From assembly GCF_009914755.1 (NCBI RefSeq), contig NC_060929.1: 64,000 bases of DNA. One strand, written 5' to 3'. The DNA is from the human T2T-CHM13v2.0 reference genome, Homo sapiens. The position numbers and the translations under genes were made by a program. Shown here in pieces: positions 41,461 through 62,030 of this stretch (position 1 is its first letter; each line of letters opens with the position of its first letter). The notes beneath the pieces are model-generated. The model had not been told where the DNA came from. It worked only from the letters and a program-made list of their open reading frames with translations, and did not search any database.

Positions 41461-42164
41461 CTCTGCCTCAAGCTGTTTCCTACAGAATTATACATACCAA
41501 GTGCCAACATTCATGTTCAAGCATATTTACTATGTGGGATAGGGAATGTTTGCTTCCTATTCTGTGTGCTCCTGCAATGTTTGTGTATGATAAAATAAAT
41601 ACTTATTACTTCCACAGTTTTTAAAATAAATCAATTAAGTAAATAATTTTAAAATAAATAATACTTTATTAATAAATCATTTTATTTTTATTTTTAATAC
41701 TTATTGAAAATTTTTAAATTTAGTAGTCTAATGCTCTCTGGAATTTTAGTGATCAGGCATCATGAACTTTTTGCTCAATCTTCTTTGTGGGGATTGTCCA
41801 ATCTTATTCATGCTACTAGATTACATTTATATCATTAACCCACTCAGAAGACTGAATGGATGGACTTAGAAATAATAATGATATAGCTGTAAAATTAATT
41901 TACTTCATTTTAGCAAGTTCAAGTGCTTTAAATTTAATGTATAAACTAAATTCTAAAATACAAGAAATAAAAATAGTTTAGCTTTAAACCTACTTTCTGC
42001 TTAAAATAGTTGTAGTGGCATGAAGATACAAATATACCATTAATTTGAACTAAGAATCTCTTTGGGAAACAGAACTCAAAAACATTTGTAGCAATCCTTC
42101 AAGTCATGACTTTATGTAGCTTTGTAACGAGCTTTGTTTTCTATCCAAGTAAATGAAACCATTA

Positions 42165-43225
42165 CAGCTGACCCTTGAACAACAGGGATTTGAACTGCAT
42201 GGGTCCACTTATGCATGAATTTTTAAAATAAATATATTGGAAAAATTTTTGGAGATGTGTGACAATTTGAAAAAACTTGCAGATGAACCATGTAGTCAAA
42301 AGTATCAAAAAAAAAAGTTAAGTATGTTGTGAATGCATAAAATATATGTAAATAGTAGTCTATTTTATCATTTACTACCATAAAATGTATACAAATGTAT
42401 TACAGAAAGTTAAAATTTATCAAAACTAATGCACAGAAACATTTACATACCATACATGGCACCATTCGTTGTAGTGAGAAATGTAAACAAATGTAAAGCT
42501 GCAGTATTCAATCATAACTGCATAAAATTAACTATAGTACATACTACATATACTACTGTAATAATTTTGTAGCCATCTTCAGTTGCTGCTACGGTGAGTT
42601 CAAGTGTCGTGAGGATCCGCTTAAAGTGCAGTGTGACACTGATATCTCCAAATGAGCAGTTTGTCTCTCTGGTAAATTGCTGTCACAGTAAAAAGCGATC
42701 TCTTGTGGTTCTCGCATATTTTTCATCATGGTTAGTGCAATACTGTAAACGTTGAATAACACCATCAAACCCATACAAAGTGCTACTAGTGATGCTGGAA
42801 GTGGTCCCAAGAAACAGAGAAAAGTCATGACATTACAAGAAAAGGTTGAATCGCTTGATGTGTATTGTAGATTGAGGTCTGCAGCTGCAGTTGCCCACCA
42901 TTTCAGACAAAGGAGTCAACTTGTAAGCAGATGACATAAACTTATGGGATCAATAAAAGCAGTATAGTACTGGAAATGTATTTTTATCTTCCTTATGATT
43001 TTCTTTTCTCTAGTTTACTTTATTCTAAGAATACAGTATATAATACATGTAACATAAAAATATGTGTTAATTGACTGTTTCTGTTGTTGGTAAAACTGCT
43101 AGTCAACGGTAGGCTATTAGTAGTTAAGTTTTGGGGGAGTCAAAAGTTATACGCAGATTTTCAACTGTGTGGGAGTTAGCACCCATAACCCTCCCCTCCA
43201 TCCGCCATTGTTCAAGAGCAGACTG
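42165..43225 (+). mobile_element. Tigger2-derived non-autonomous DNA transposon (~1.06 kb, Tigger2b-like)
   Basis: TIRs CAGCTGACCCTTGAACAA and TTGTTCAAGAGCAGACTG with TA on both sides. Transposase N-terminal remnant PKKQRKVMTLQEKVESLD at 42752-42934. Confidence 0.9.
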
Positions 43226-45269
43226 TAATAGCTAAATTCATATGAATTAAGAACATACTAATCAACACTTCACAAAAATTACTTACTGAGGTGAAGCAGA
43301 ATAGTTGTTATGCCAACCATTATTTAATCTTTCTGATTTAGGTGCTGAATGTAATTAAATAATACCAGTAGTTGGCATTTCATATCATCTTCCTTTGTTC
43401 TCCATCAAAGCACTTTATAAATATTTATTTCTATAATATCATTATAACTTAAAGTAGTTTATTATTCCTTCTTATTTAGAAAGATGAGGAAACAGGCCCC
43501 AAGAGACAGCAAGTTTTCAAATGTTGTATTGCTTTTTATTCATATCTGGGATAACAATTCCCAGAGCTAGTGACCAAGGTGACTTAATTTACTTTCAAAG
43601 ACTTCCAATGAAGGAATAGCTTAGAAATTAGAAGGATCTGGCAAAAAGTTCATGATTCTGCAGTCCCCTTATAGCCATTAGTATCACATGCCTATTGTTC
43701 TCTGTGAAGAGGCATTTCCAAAGAAGGGTCTTTATTACTATGAAGTTATCCCATGGTCCCAGTCATCCTCACTTTGGGTGTTTTAGTAAAATTTCCATTT
43801 TAATTATTTTTTATGCATAACTCTCACATACAAAACTTTTCCTTTTGAGGATAAATACATTAATATATCACTTGATGGATAATTATTTTTACATTTTGTT
43901 ATACATGTAAAACAAAGCAGAATAACACTACTTAAGGTAAAGAAGAAAAGTCATTCTCTGCATTTGTCTTGATTGTTTCATAGAGCTTTCATGAAGTACA
44001 CCGATGTCACCAATCTCTAACATAAATAGTAATGCTTTCCACGCTTAACAAGGGACATAAGTTTTCCCAAAACAGTCAGTGCTTTGGCTGACCTAGAGAG
44101 AAAACTTATATACTTCCTGGTATAAAAAAGATATAAAAACAGATCTTTAGAGGGATCTACATACAGTCTTATCAGAACATTATTATCTACAGCAGAACTG
44201 CTATGAGATGGGCACATCCTGATCCCTGAAGAATAATCTCCTAAAGAACGTGTTACAAAACAATGACTTCTGCTGAGAAATTCAATAGCATGCCCTCTGG
44301 GATTCACATTTTTTAAATGTGCTCTAGCAAGTTGGAAAAAAGCCTTACAAATCATTGAATACCTTCAACCATAACAAAATAAAAACAGGACATGATTTAG
44401 TGTATCAAATGTATGAACTGTTATTAGAAATGAGATAAAAATTATAATAGAAATTACTGTATTTTCCTTTCTTAACAACAACATGCATGTAGCCTAAGTA
44501 ATACACAAATGTCATAAATTTGAAATCTGCAGTTATAGACAAGCATTAAAAATTGATGAACCCAAAGCTATTGAAATAAAAAAAAATTTAAAGAAAAATA
44601 TATGGAGATGAAAGGCCCCAACTTCTTGTTGAATTTTCAGCTTGATACTTTGGAAAAAAATTAAAATAGTTTGATTAAACCTTAATAGATTCTTACAAGG
44701 TTATATCACTAAGTATTTTTTGTTTTGCTTTTTTTGTCTTATAAGTGAACAGATTAGGTTCTTCTTATTTTAAGAGTAAATTTCAAGTCCCAACTTAATA
44801 AATAATAAATGTTTGTTAAATGGTGGAAAAGTAAAGATCAAAGAAGTGAAGTAACTTGTCCAAAGTCAGCTAGTTAAAAGGCAGAAAATTCCACATTTGA
44901 GCACAGCTCTATATGAAGTTATTTCTGTTTTTAATCCACTATATGAAACTGCTGACAAGGTTTACTTTTCTCAGCAAATAAGTCTGAAGAAATAGCAAAG
45001 TCTCCATTTCTCATTTATTGCTGCTCTGTTTCCACCTCCATATTTCTACCCCACAAAGTCAGCCCTTCTTTTCTTTCTTTAGTGGGAATACACATTTTGA
45101 AACTGAAAAGAGATGGTATGTGGGGATGTACGGAGAACTTGTTGGAGTCTCTGTTGTGGACAACGCTTTATGTGGTTTCAAGCTTCACATACAAAAAAAA
45201 AGAAGGAAAGTGGCAGCACCCAAAAAAGGTATGAAAACATCCAGAAGAAATTTTAAAATAATTTCTATG

Positions 45270-45553
45270 ATAAATTCTTTTTGAAAACTATCTTCAAGAC
45301 TATTAAGATAATATAAAGAGGTACAAATAAAAATGAGATATTAAATGCAACCCTAAAAAGTATTTAATTCACCCAAAAAGTGGCAGAAGAGGAGGAAGAG
45401 AGAAATAAAAAGCAGATGGGACAAATAGAAACCAAACTTGTCAACAATTGTGTTAAATGTAAAAGTTCTAATTATAACAATTAAAAGACAGAGACTGTCA
45501 GACTGGATAAAAATTCAAGACCCAATTATGTTTTTTATAGTAAGCACAATATC
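45270..45553 (+). mobile_element. Old L1M (MC/MD/ME) fragment, start of ORF2; continues after 51700
   Basis: CAATTAAAAGACAGAGACTGTCAGACTGGATAAAA..AAGACCCAA is the endonuclease N-terminal motif. Confidence 0.7.
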
Positions 45554-51700
<6,147 letters not shown>

Positions 51701-52474
51701 ACAATTTCAAAATAAAGATATACATAGGTTGAAATTTTAAAAGGAAAAAAACTATTTGCCCTCCCATGACTATGCATAATAAAGCTAATGTGGCCATATA
51801 AATAAGAAGTAAGGACCCAGGTGGGTATTTAAAGTAAATATTATCAGAGACAGAAAGACCTAACAAAAGGGCGAATTAATCAAAGTAATGCAAAAATACT
51901 AAATGTGCTTGTATTTAATATTAAAGCTCCCAAAAATATAAGGCAAAAAAATGGTAAAACTAAAGGAAACCATAGACAAGTTCTCGTTCATAGTTGGAAA
52001 ATTTAATGTCTCTCTCCTATTAATAGAAAGAACCAGTGAACCAAAAAGAAATCAGTAAAGATACAGAATATCAGAACAATATTACCAATTAAATTGCCCT
52101 AACTTTTATGGAACACTGCATCCAAGAAGAACAGAATGCACATGAAACAGTCACCAAAATAGACCGTGTAATGGGCCACATAACAGGCCTCAGTAAATTT
52201 AAAAGGTTTGAAATTATACAGAATATGTCCTCTGATTACAATGGTATTAAATTAGAAATCAATAAGAAACCTAGAAAATCTCCCAAATGTTTGAAACTTA
52301 AAATACACTAATAAATAACACATGGCTCAAAAATAAAGCACAAAAGAAATTAGAAAATATTTTGAACTCACTGAAAACAGAACATGTTAAAATTTTTATG
52401 ATACAGCAAAACTACTTCTTGGAGGGAAATTTATAGCTTTAAATGTCTATGCTTTTTAAAAGAGTAAAGATATA

Positions 52475-52797
<323 letters not shown>

Positions 52798-52811
52798 CTA
52801 ATTTAAGTAAG

Positions 52812-53102
52812 AAGGTTTGGTGTTTGGTGAGGGCCTGTTATCTGCTTCCAATATGGCAACTGGTTGCTGCATCCTGTGGAGGGGGCATACTTTGTCTACT
52901 CACATAGCAAAAGGGACAGAAGGGCCAAAAAAAAGGGCATAGGTAGTTCTCTCAAGCCCTTTAATAAGGGTAATAATCCATTCATGAGAGCTCATGACTT
53001 AATCACTTCCCCCAAAGACTCCACCTCTTAATACTATTGCATTAGGGATTGAGTTTCAACATAAATTTTGAAGAGACACAAAACATTCAAACCATTGCGG
53101 CA
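52812..53102 (-). mobile_element. MST (C/D-like) MaLR LTR fragment
   Basis: TGGTGAGGGCCTG..CTCATGACTTAATCAC..CCACCTCTTAATAC..GACACAAACATTCAAACCAT. Confidence 0.8.
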
Positions 53103-53474
53103 TCTAAGTAAAGCCTATAGATAATATTATACGTAACACTAAAGTAATAATTTTTTTCCTTAGATCAAAACAAGGCAAGGATCTCTGCTCTCGACCCATC
53201 TATTCAATATTGAACTAGAGGTCCCAGATGGTGCAATAAGGTAAGGAAAAAAAAAAAAACAGGCAGAAAGATTCAAAAGATAGATATAAACTGTCTTTAT
53301 TCTCAGATGACATGGTTGTGTTTGACAAAAATTATAAATAATTTACAAGAATACTGCTAAAAGTAATAAACAAATTTAGTAATGTGGCACAACATAAAGT
53401 CACTATCCAAAAATAACTACATTTATTTACCTATATACTAGTAATTAACCATTTGAAAATGAAATGAAATTTTA

Positions 53475-53762
53475 AGCTGGGCACCAGTAGCTCATGCCTG
53501 TAATCCCAGCACTTTGGGAGGCCGAAGTGAGTGGGTCACTTGAGGTCAGGAGTTTGAGACCAGCCTGGCCAACATAATGAAACCCCATCTCTACTAAAAA
53601 TAAAAAAATTAGCCAGGTATGATGGTGCATGCCTGTACTCCCAGCTACTAGGGAGGCTGAGGCTGGAGAAACCTTTAACCCAGGAGGCAGAGGTTACAGT
53701 GAGCCAAGATCAAACCACTGTACTCCAACCTGGATGCAGTGAGATTCCCTCTCAAAATAAAT
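53475..53762 (+). mobile_element. AluS (Sx/Sz-like)
   Basis: Full dimer. TSD AAAT(G/T)AAATTTTAA. Confidence 0.9.
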
Positions 53763-55137
53763 AAATTAAATTTTAAACTTTACAAAAGCATCAACTATTT
53801 AGAAATATACTTAGCAAATGATGTAAAAGATTTCTATACTAAAAACTATAAAACATTACTGACAGAAACTAGAGAAAACCTAAATAAATGAATAAATACT
53901 ATGTTCATGAATCAGAAGACTCAATATTAATGTCAGTTCTCCCCAAACTTATCTTCAGATTCAATGAAATAACAATTAAAATCTATAGAAGTTTTTTTAA
54001 TTGGTGAGATAATTTTAAAATTTATCTGAAGAGACAAAGGATGAAAATAGCTAAAATTCCCTTTAGTGGGAAAAAAAGAAGAAAAATGGAGAACTTATGC
54101 TACCTGACTTTAAGACTTCTTATAAAGCAACTGTAATCAAGAGGAAAATAGCACTGGAAAAAGGAGATAAATGGAACTGAATAGATAGTACAGAAATAGA
54201 GCCTTGGTTTTAGTAAGAGCAGTATAGCTAATAATAAAGAGGGGTAAAGGAACCCCTCTTTAATAAATGGTATGGAACAACTGAATTTCCCTTTGGAATA
54301 AAATAATTTTGATACCTACTTCACACCATACTCCAAATCAAAGATTGATAATGGACTCATATACAAACACTACAACAATAAAGCTATTAGAAGAAAATAT
54401 AGGAGAAAAACTTTAAAAGCTTGGGTTAGGCGCAGGTTTCTTGGCAAGTGCACAGAAATTACAAATCATAATAGAAAAAGAATTTATTTTTATAATTTAT
54501 CTAAATTATATCTAAAACCTAAGAAGTTTTGCTCTTCACAAAACTTCGTCAAGAAATAAATATAAAGCCATGTCTGTGCAATACAATATTCATAATACAT
54601 AAAACTGACAAAGTATTTATAGCAGAATATACAAAGAACATCTGTATCACCTAACAAAAAGACAAACAACCCAATTTAAAAATTAAAACACTTAAACACA
54701 TCACAAAAAAAGATATGTAAATGTTGTGTGGCCAATAATTTGTAGAAAAAGTGTTCAATATCATTTGTCATCAGAGAAATTCAAGTTAAAACCATAATGA
54801 GATATCACTTCATGCTCATCAGATTGGCTAAAATGAAAAAAAAAGTGCCAAATGTTGAAAAGGACATGGAGCAACTGGAACTCTCATTCATTGCTAGTGA
54901 AGTATAAAATGCTACAACAACTTTAAAAAATCACTTGCCGTTTTCTTAAAATGTTAAACATAAATTTACCCGATGATCCAGGACTCATATTTTCCTTCTA
55001 ACTGTTCCACTCTTATTTACCCAAGAGAAATGAAAGCATATATGCACAAAATCACTTGTACATGAATGTTCACAGCAGCTTTATTAATAATAGCCAAAAA
55101 CTGGAAACAACCCAGATGATCGTCACCAAGTAAATGT

Positions 55138-55359
55138 ACAAGGCAAGGATCCCTGCTCTCGACCCGTCTATTCAATATTGAACTAGAGGTCCCAGATAGT
55201 GCAATAAGGTAAGAAAAAAAAACAGGCAGAAAGATTCAAAAGATAGATATAAACTGTCTTTATTTTCAGATGACATGGTTGTGTTTGACAAAAATTCTAA
55301 AGAATTTACAAGAATACTACTAAAAGTAATAAACAAATTTAGTAATGTGGCAGAACATA
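55138..55359 (+). repeat. ~220-bp dispersed duplicate of 53170-53396
   Basis: Aligned by eye: about 8 substitutions plus a difference in A-run length. Confidence 0.92.
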
Positions 55360-55443
55360 CAACAACTATGGTACACTCATATAATGGGATACTTCTTAGC
55401 AATGAAATGGCATGAATTACTGACATGCATTAAAACATGGATA

Positions 55444-55742
55444 AGCCAGGTGCAGTTGTTCATACCTGTAATCCCAGCATTTTGGGAGGCTGAGGCAGGT
55501 GGATTACTTGAGGCCAGGAATTCGAGACCAGCCTGGCCAACATGGTGAAACCCTGTCTTTCCTAAAAATACAAACATTACCCAGATGTGGTGGCACATGC
55601 CTGTAATCTCAGCTACTTGGGAGGCTGAAGCACGAGAATCACTTGAACCCAGGAGGTAGGTGGAGGTTGCAGTGAGCTGAGATCATGCCACTGCACTCGA
55701 GGCTGGGTAACAGAGCAAGAATTTATCTCAAAAAATAAAAAA
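55444..55742 (+). mobile_element. AluS/J
   Basis: Full dimer with an A-rich tail. Confidence 0.9.
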
Positions 55743-57362
55743 GGAAACATTATGAAATTATTATGCTTAATGAAATAAGCAAACACACAAAAAAAGTATA
55801 TCTGTATGATTCCAGCTAGAGTATATGAATTCTAGAATAAGCAAAACTAATCTTCGGGGATATAAATCAGTTTTTGCTCCTGGGGAGGTTGACTGGGAAA
55901 GGTGAAAGGAATTTTCCAAGATGGAAATGTTCTGTTTATTGATATGCATTCATCAAAGAGGATTAAATGGTACATGTAACACCTGAGCATTTCATTTTAT
56001 ATTATCTTTATCTCAGTTGAAAATGGGGAAAAAAACTATTTTCAGGAATAAATTAACCATGAACTCCAAGCCTTTTTCTGCTACCATTCTGATTTTTTTA
56101 TATGCAGCACTATATTTTAGCCCATATTACCTGAGAAGAAAAAAAGACTATTTCCTTATGAATATTGTATAATGCAGCTAATATTCAGATGTGTTTTCAT
56201 ACACATCTAAATGCAACTATAACACTATGACTATTTTGCAGTAAACAGTTCCAAAAACTGAAGGTTTCAATTGAAAAATTTGTAGGTTTCAATTCAAATT
56301 TTCAATTGAAAAATTGAAAGCTATGCCTTTCTTAACTGACATGACTCTTTCCTGCAATCACAAAAAAGAAGGCTAATATAATGTGATAAATTGAAAACAT
56401 TATACAACAAACTATACATAATAAAAAGGTATTTTAGTAATAATATTTTAAATCTCCTAATGTATACAATTCAATTCAATGCAATAATTCTTTGATTTCA
56501 AATAGGTTCATAGCCACATCCAGGCAAATTAATCAGGTGACATTTTATTGGCCTGATATCTTAATGGCTCTGGTTTAGTACAACAGCAACAAACACTGCT
56601 GGAACGGTTCTTCAGGATCTATTAAAATCAGGAAAGACAAATTCAGTTAATTGGCATGCCAGCATTAATTTGCCCAAAAGGCCTATTACTTCCTCAATTT
56701 TTGTCTTAGTCTTGGCCTCATGTCTTTCTGTCCCAAGATATTTTCAGAGCAAAGCTCCTACAGAATTAAAGAGCTAGAATTCTTTTGTTCTACATCAGGC
56801 ATACTCAGGAATGCCATCAACTGGTTAGATGGCTAATGATCAGGTTGCACCCTTATCATAGCTTGGTCTATGATCAAGCAATCAACAGAACCATGACCTG
56901 TATAGAATGCAATCCCATGTTTTGAGAAAAGTGGTAAGAAATGATCTTAAAGGCAAATTAAGTATCACCCTTTTATTCATCTTGCTCATATCAGTTTCAA
57001 AAGGATACCAAGCCCCCAAAAGACAATTATTCTTACATTGTAACATCAATGTCTCAATGTATTTTAGTATAATAAGCATGTGTTAACTAAGATTCACTAA
57101 AAGTAAGAGATGATTTTTATAAGAGATGTTGATAAGGTGCTATTCTCTGAATCCTATGTTCCAAGGGCCATTTACTATAGAACATAAAAGATTCAAGAAA
57201 TGAATTGTTATGCCCTGAATATTTTGTCTCTCTCCAAAATTTGTGTGTTGAAACCTAATGATCAACGTGATGGTCTTAAAAGGTGGGGCCTTTGGGAGGT
57301 GATTAGGTCATGAAGACTGAGTCTTCTTGAATGGGATTAGTGCCCTTACCTGAGAGGACTCA

Positions 57363-58200
57363 GGCTATTATCAAAAAGACCAAATATAACAAATGTTAGG
57401 AAGTTTGTGGAAAAAGAAAACCCTTGTATACTGTTGGTGGAAATGTAAATTAGTACAGCCATTATGGAAAACATTAAGAAAGTTCCCCAAAAAAATTAAA
57501 AATAGAACTCCTATATTATCCAGCAATTCCACTTCTGGCTATGCATCCAAAGGAAATTAAACCAGGATATCAAAGAGATATCTGCACTCTCACATTCACT
57601 GCAGCATTATTCAAAATTGCCAAGATTTGGACTCAACCTAAATGTTCATGAATGGATAAATGGATAAAGAAAATGTGATAGATATATATACAATGGAATA
57701 CTATTCAGCCTTTAAAAAGAAGGGAAACCTGTAATTTGTTATAATATAGATAGACCTGAAACAGTTATGCTAAGTGAAATAAGCCAGGCACAGAAAGACA
57801 AACACTGCGTGATCTCACTTTTGTGTGGAATCTAAAAAAGTCAAACTCATGAAAGCAGAGAGTAAAACAGTGGTTGCCAGGAGCTGGAGAAGGGGGTGTG
57901 GAATGGGGAAATGTTGATTGAAGGGCACAAAGTTTCAGTTAGGAGGAATTAAGTTCTGGAGATCTATTATACAGCACAGTGACTGTAGTTAATAATAATG
58001 TACACTTGAAAATTGCTAAGTGTAGATTTTAAATGTTCTCACAACAAAAAAATGATAAGCATGTGAGGTGATTCATATGTTAATAGCTTGGTTTAACCAT
58101 TCCACAATGTATACATATTTGAAAACACCACATTGTATACCATAAATACATATAATTTTTAAATTCTCAATTTAAAATTATTATTAAAAGTTATTTTAAA
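57363..58200 (+). mobile_element. 5'-truncated L1MA (MA6-8-like)
   Basis: End of ORF2 plus 3'UTR (AAGTTCTGGAGATCTATT, AAAATTGCTAAG..GTAGATTTTAAATGTTCTCAC). Confidence 0.88.
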
Positions 58201-58214
58201 AAAGAGGCCTCGGA

Positions 58215-58503
58215 GGCTGGGCATGGTAGCTCACACCTGTAATCCCAGCACTTTGGGAGGCCGAGGCGGGCAGATCATGAGCTCAGGAGATTGAGACTAT
58301 CCTGGCTAAGACGGTGAAACCCTGTCTCTACTAAAAAATACAAAAAATTAGCCAGGTGTGGTGGTGGATGCCTGTAGTCCCAGCTACTTGGGAGGCTGAG
58401 GCAGGAGAATGGCGTGAACAGGAGGCAGAGCTTGCAGTGAGCTCAGATTGCGCCACTGCACTCCAGCCTGGGTGACAGAGTGAGACTCTGTCTCAAAAAA
58501 AAA
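58215..58503 (+). mobile_element. AluY/Sc-like
   Basis: CCTGGCTAAGACGG, AGAATGGCGTGAAC, GAGCTTGC. TSD AAAGAGGCCTC(G/A)GA at 58201-58214 and 58504-58517. Confidence 0.92.
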
Positions 58504-59739
58504 AAAGAGGCCTCAGAGAGCTGCCTTGCCCTTTCTACCATGTGAGGACACAGCAAAAAGTCATCAGTCTGCAACCCAGAAGAGGGCCTTCACCAGAACC
58601 CAGTCATGACGGCACCTTGATCTTGAACTTCCCAACCTCTAAGACTAGGAGAAATAATTTTTTGTTGTTTATAAGCCACCCAGACTATGGTATTTTGTAA
58701 TAGCAGCCCAAATGGACTAAGACAAAATGTAATGTACTAGGCCCACTTTCCTTATTTATTACCAGTGGAGGTTTTGTTCATTGAAAGAGTCATGCTTAAG
58801 AATATGCACAGAAAATAACTGTTTGATCCTTCTAATTAACATAATCTCAGTCACTGTTATCCCAACTGCACCAGTGTCACTAGTTTGTCTCTAAACTGGC
58901 TATGAGACCTCACATAGACCATACACCTGCTTTAAGCATCTTGCTCCTAGGTTGTCCTAAATTGCACCATTTCTAGATATTGAACATCAAGCAAGTATTT
59001 AATTTGCATTAACTACCAAGCAGCTCATTTTATAAAAGGGCAAAAATTTTAAGTGCCCAGAATGAAGTTTTCAGAAAATAAAGTTTTCATTCTGCATAAT
59101 AGTTGGGCAATTTACTTATTTATGATAATCCAGATTGCCTTAGAAATATTTTTTCTTCCCCAAGTACACACAAACCTTAGACAGTGCACAGTGACCTAGA
59201 CAGGCACAATCAAGGTCATGATGTTGCAACAAGTAGAAACCTAGGATGCCAAGGCATTCACCTCACACACTCTCATTGATTCATTTATTCACCCAGCTGT
59301 CATTTATTGAACATTTGCAATGAGTTCGGAGTTTTTTGCTTTTTGTCCATGTGCCTCATGTTCAATTGCACATCCACAAAGGGAATTGCCTGCATGATTC
59401 ACAGTAGCCTCTTTTCCTTCCTATATTTGCTTAAGAGTTTTAATTCCTGTAAGTGAAAAACTACCACCAGTTCCAAAGTCTTCTCTGTTTCAACTATGAA
59501 GTCCAGTGAAATGCAAGACAAATAGGAGGCTCATACTTTAGTTAAACATCTGAACATTCTGCAGATGAGCATGCACATGAAGCAATACTCTCCCCTCTGC
59601 TATCCCATTGTAAACTCCTAAGTGTAACATGAAGCTACACACAGAGGTGTCATTGCTGTTCTGTTTTATCACAGTACATTTTGGAATGTTTATTGACTAA
59701 CAAATTGTTATATCGAACAATAAAATAATTTTGCTAAAA

Positions 59740-60305
59740 ACTATTTGCAAGAAAGTGGGAAGTCAATCCACAGGATGGCAGAAAATATTTCTAAATCATA
59801 GAGCTGATAAGAGACTTGTATTAAGAATATATAAAAAATATTTACAACTCAATAATAAAAAAAAACTAAAAAAAACCTAATGTTAAAATGATCAAATGAT
59901 TTGAATAGACAGTTTTCCAAAAAAGATACATAAATAGCCAATAAGCACATGAAAAGATACTCAACATCATTTGCCATTAAGAAATGCAAATCAAAACCAT
60001 GAGACACTACTCCACACCCACAAGGATGGCAATAATGTTTTTAAACTGGCAAATAACAAATGTTAGCAAGGATGTGGAGAACTTGGAACACTCATATGTT
60101 GCTGGTAGGAATGTGAAATGATGCAGCTACCGGAAAACAGTCTGGCTACTCCTCAGAAAGTTAAACATAGAGTTGCCATATGATCCAGCAACTTCACGTC
60201 TAGATGGATCCCAAAGAGAAATGAAAACATATGTCTTTATGAAAACTTGTACATGAGTATTCGTAGCAGCATTATTCATAATAGCCAAAAGAAGAAAAAA
60301 TCCAA
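59740..60305 (+). mobile_element. L1MB-like ORF2 3' fragment
   Basis: GCCAATAAGCACATGAAAAGA, CATATGATCCAGCAA, AAGAGAAATGAAAACATATGTC. Confidence 0.8.

Positions 60306-62030
<1,725 letters not shown>

Larger units (their letters stand above)
57206..58724 (+). mobile_element. MLT1A-like solo LTR split by an L1MA and an Alu
   Basis: 5' part at 57206-57362 (GGTGGGGCCTTTGGGAGGTGATTAGGTCATGA). 3' part at 58504-58724, ending TAGCAGCCCAAATGGACTAAGACA. Confidence 0.88.

Noticed and set aside
42752-42934. Domesticated Tigger/CENP-B-like gene
   Set aside because: Only about 45 codons of the transposase N-terminus remain, inside a standard internally deleted element.
44017-44355. 112-aa minus-strand ORF in unique sequence
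   Set aside because: No recognisable homology or convincing exon boundaries. A conservation check would be needed.
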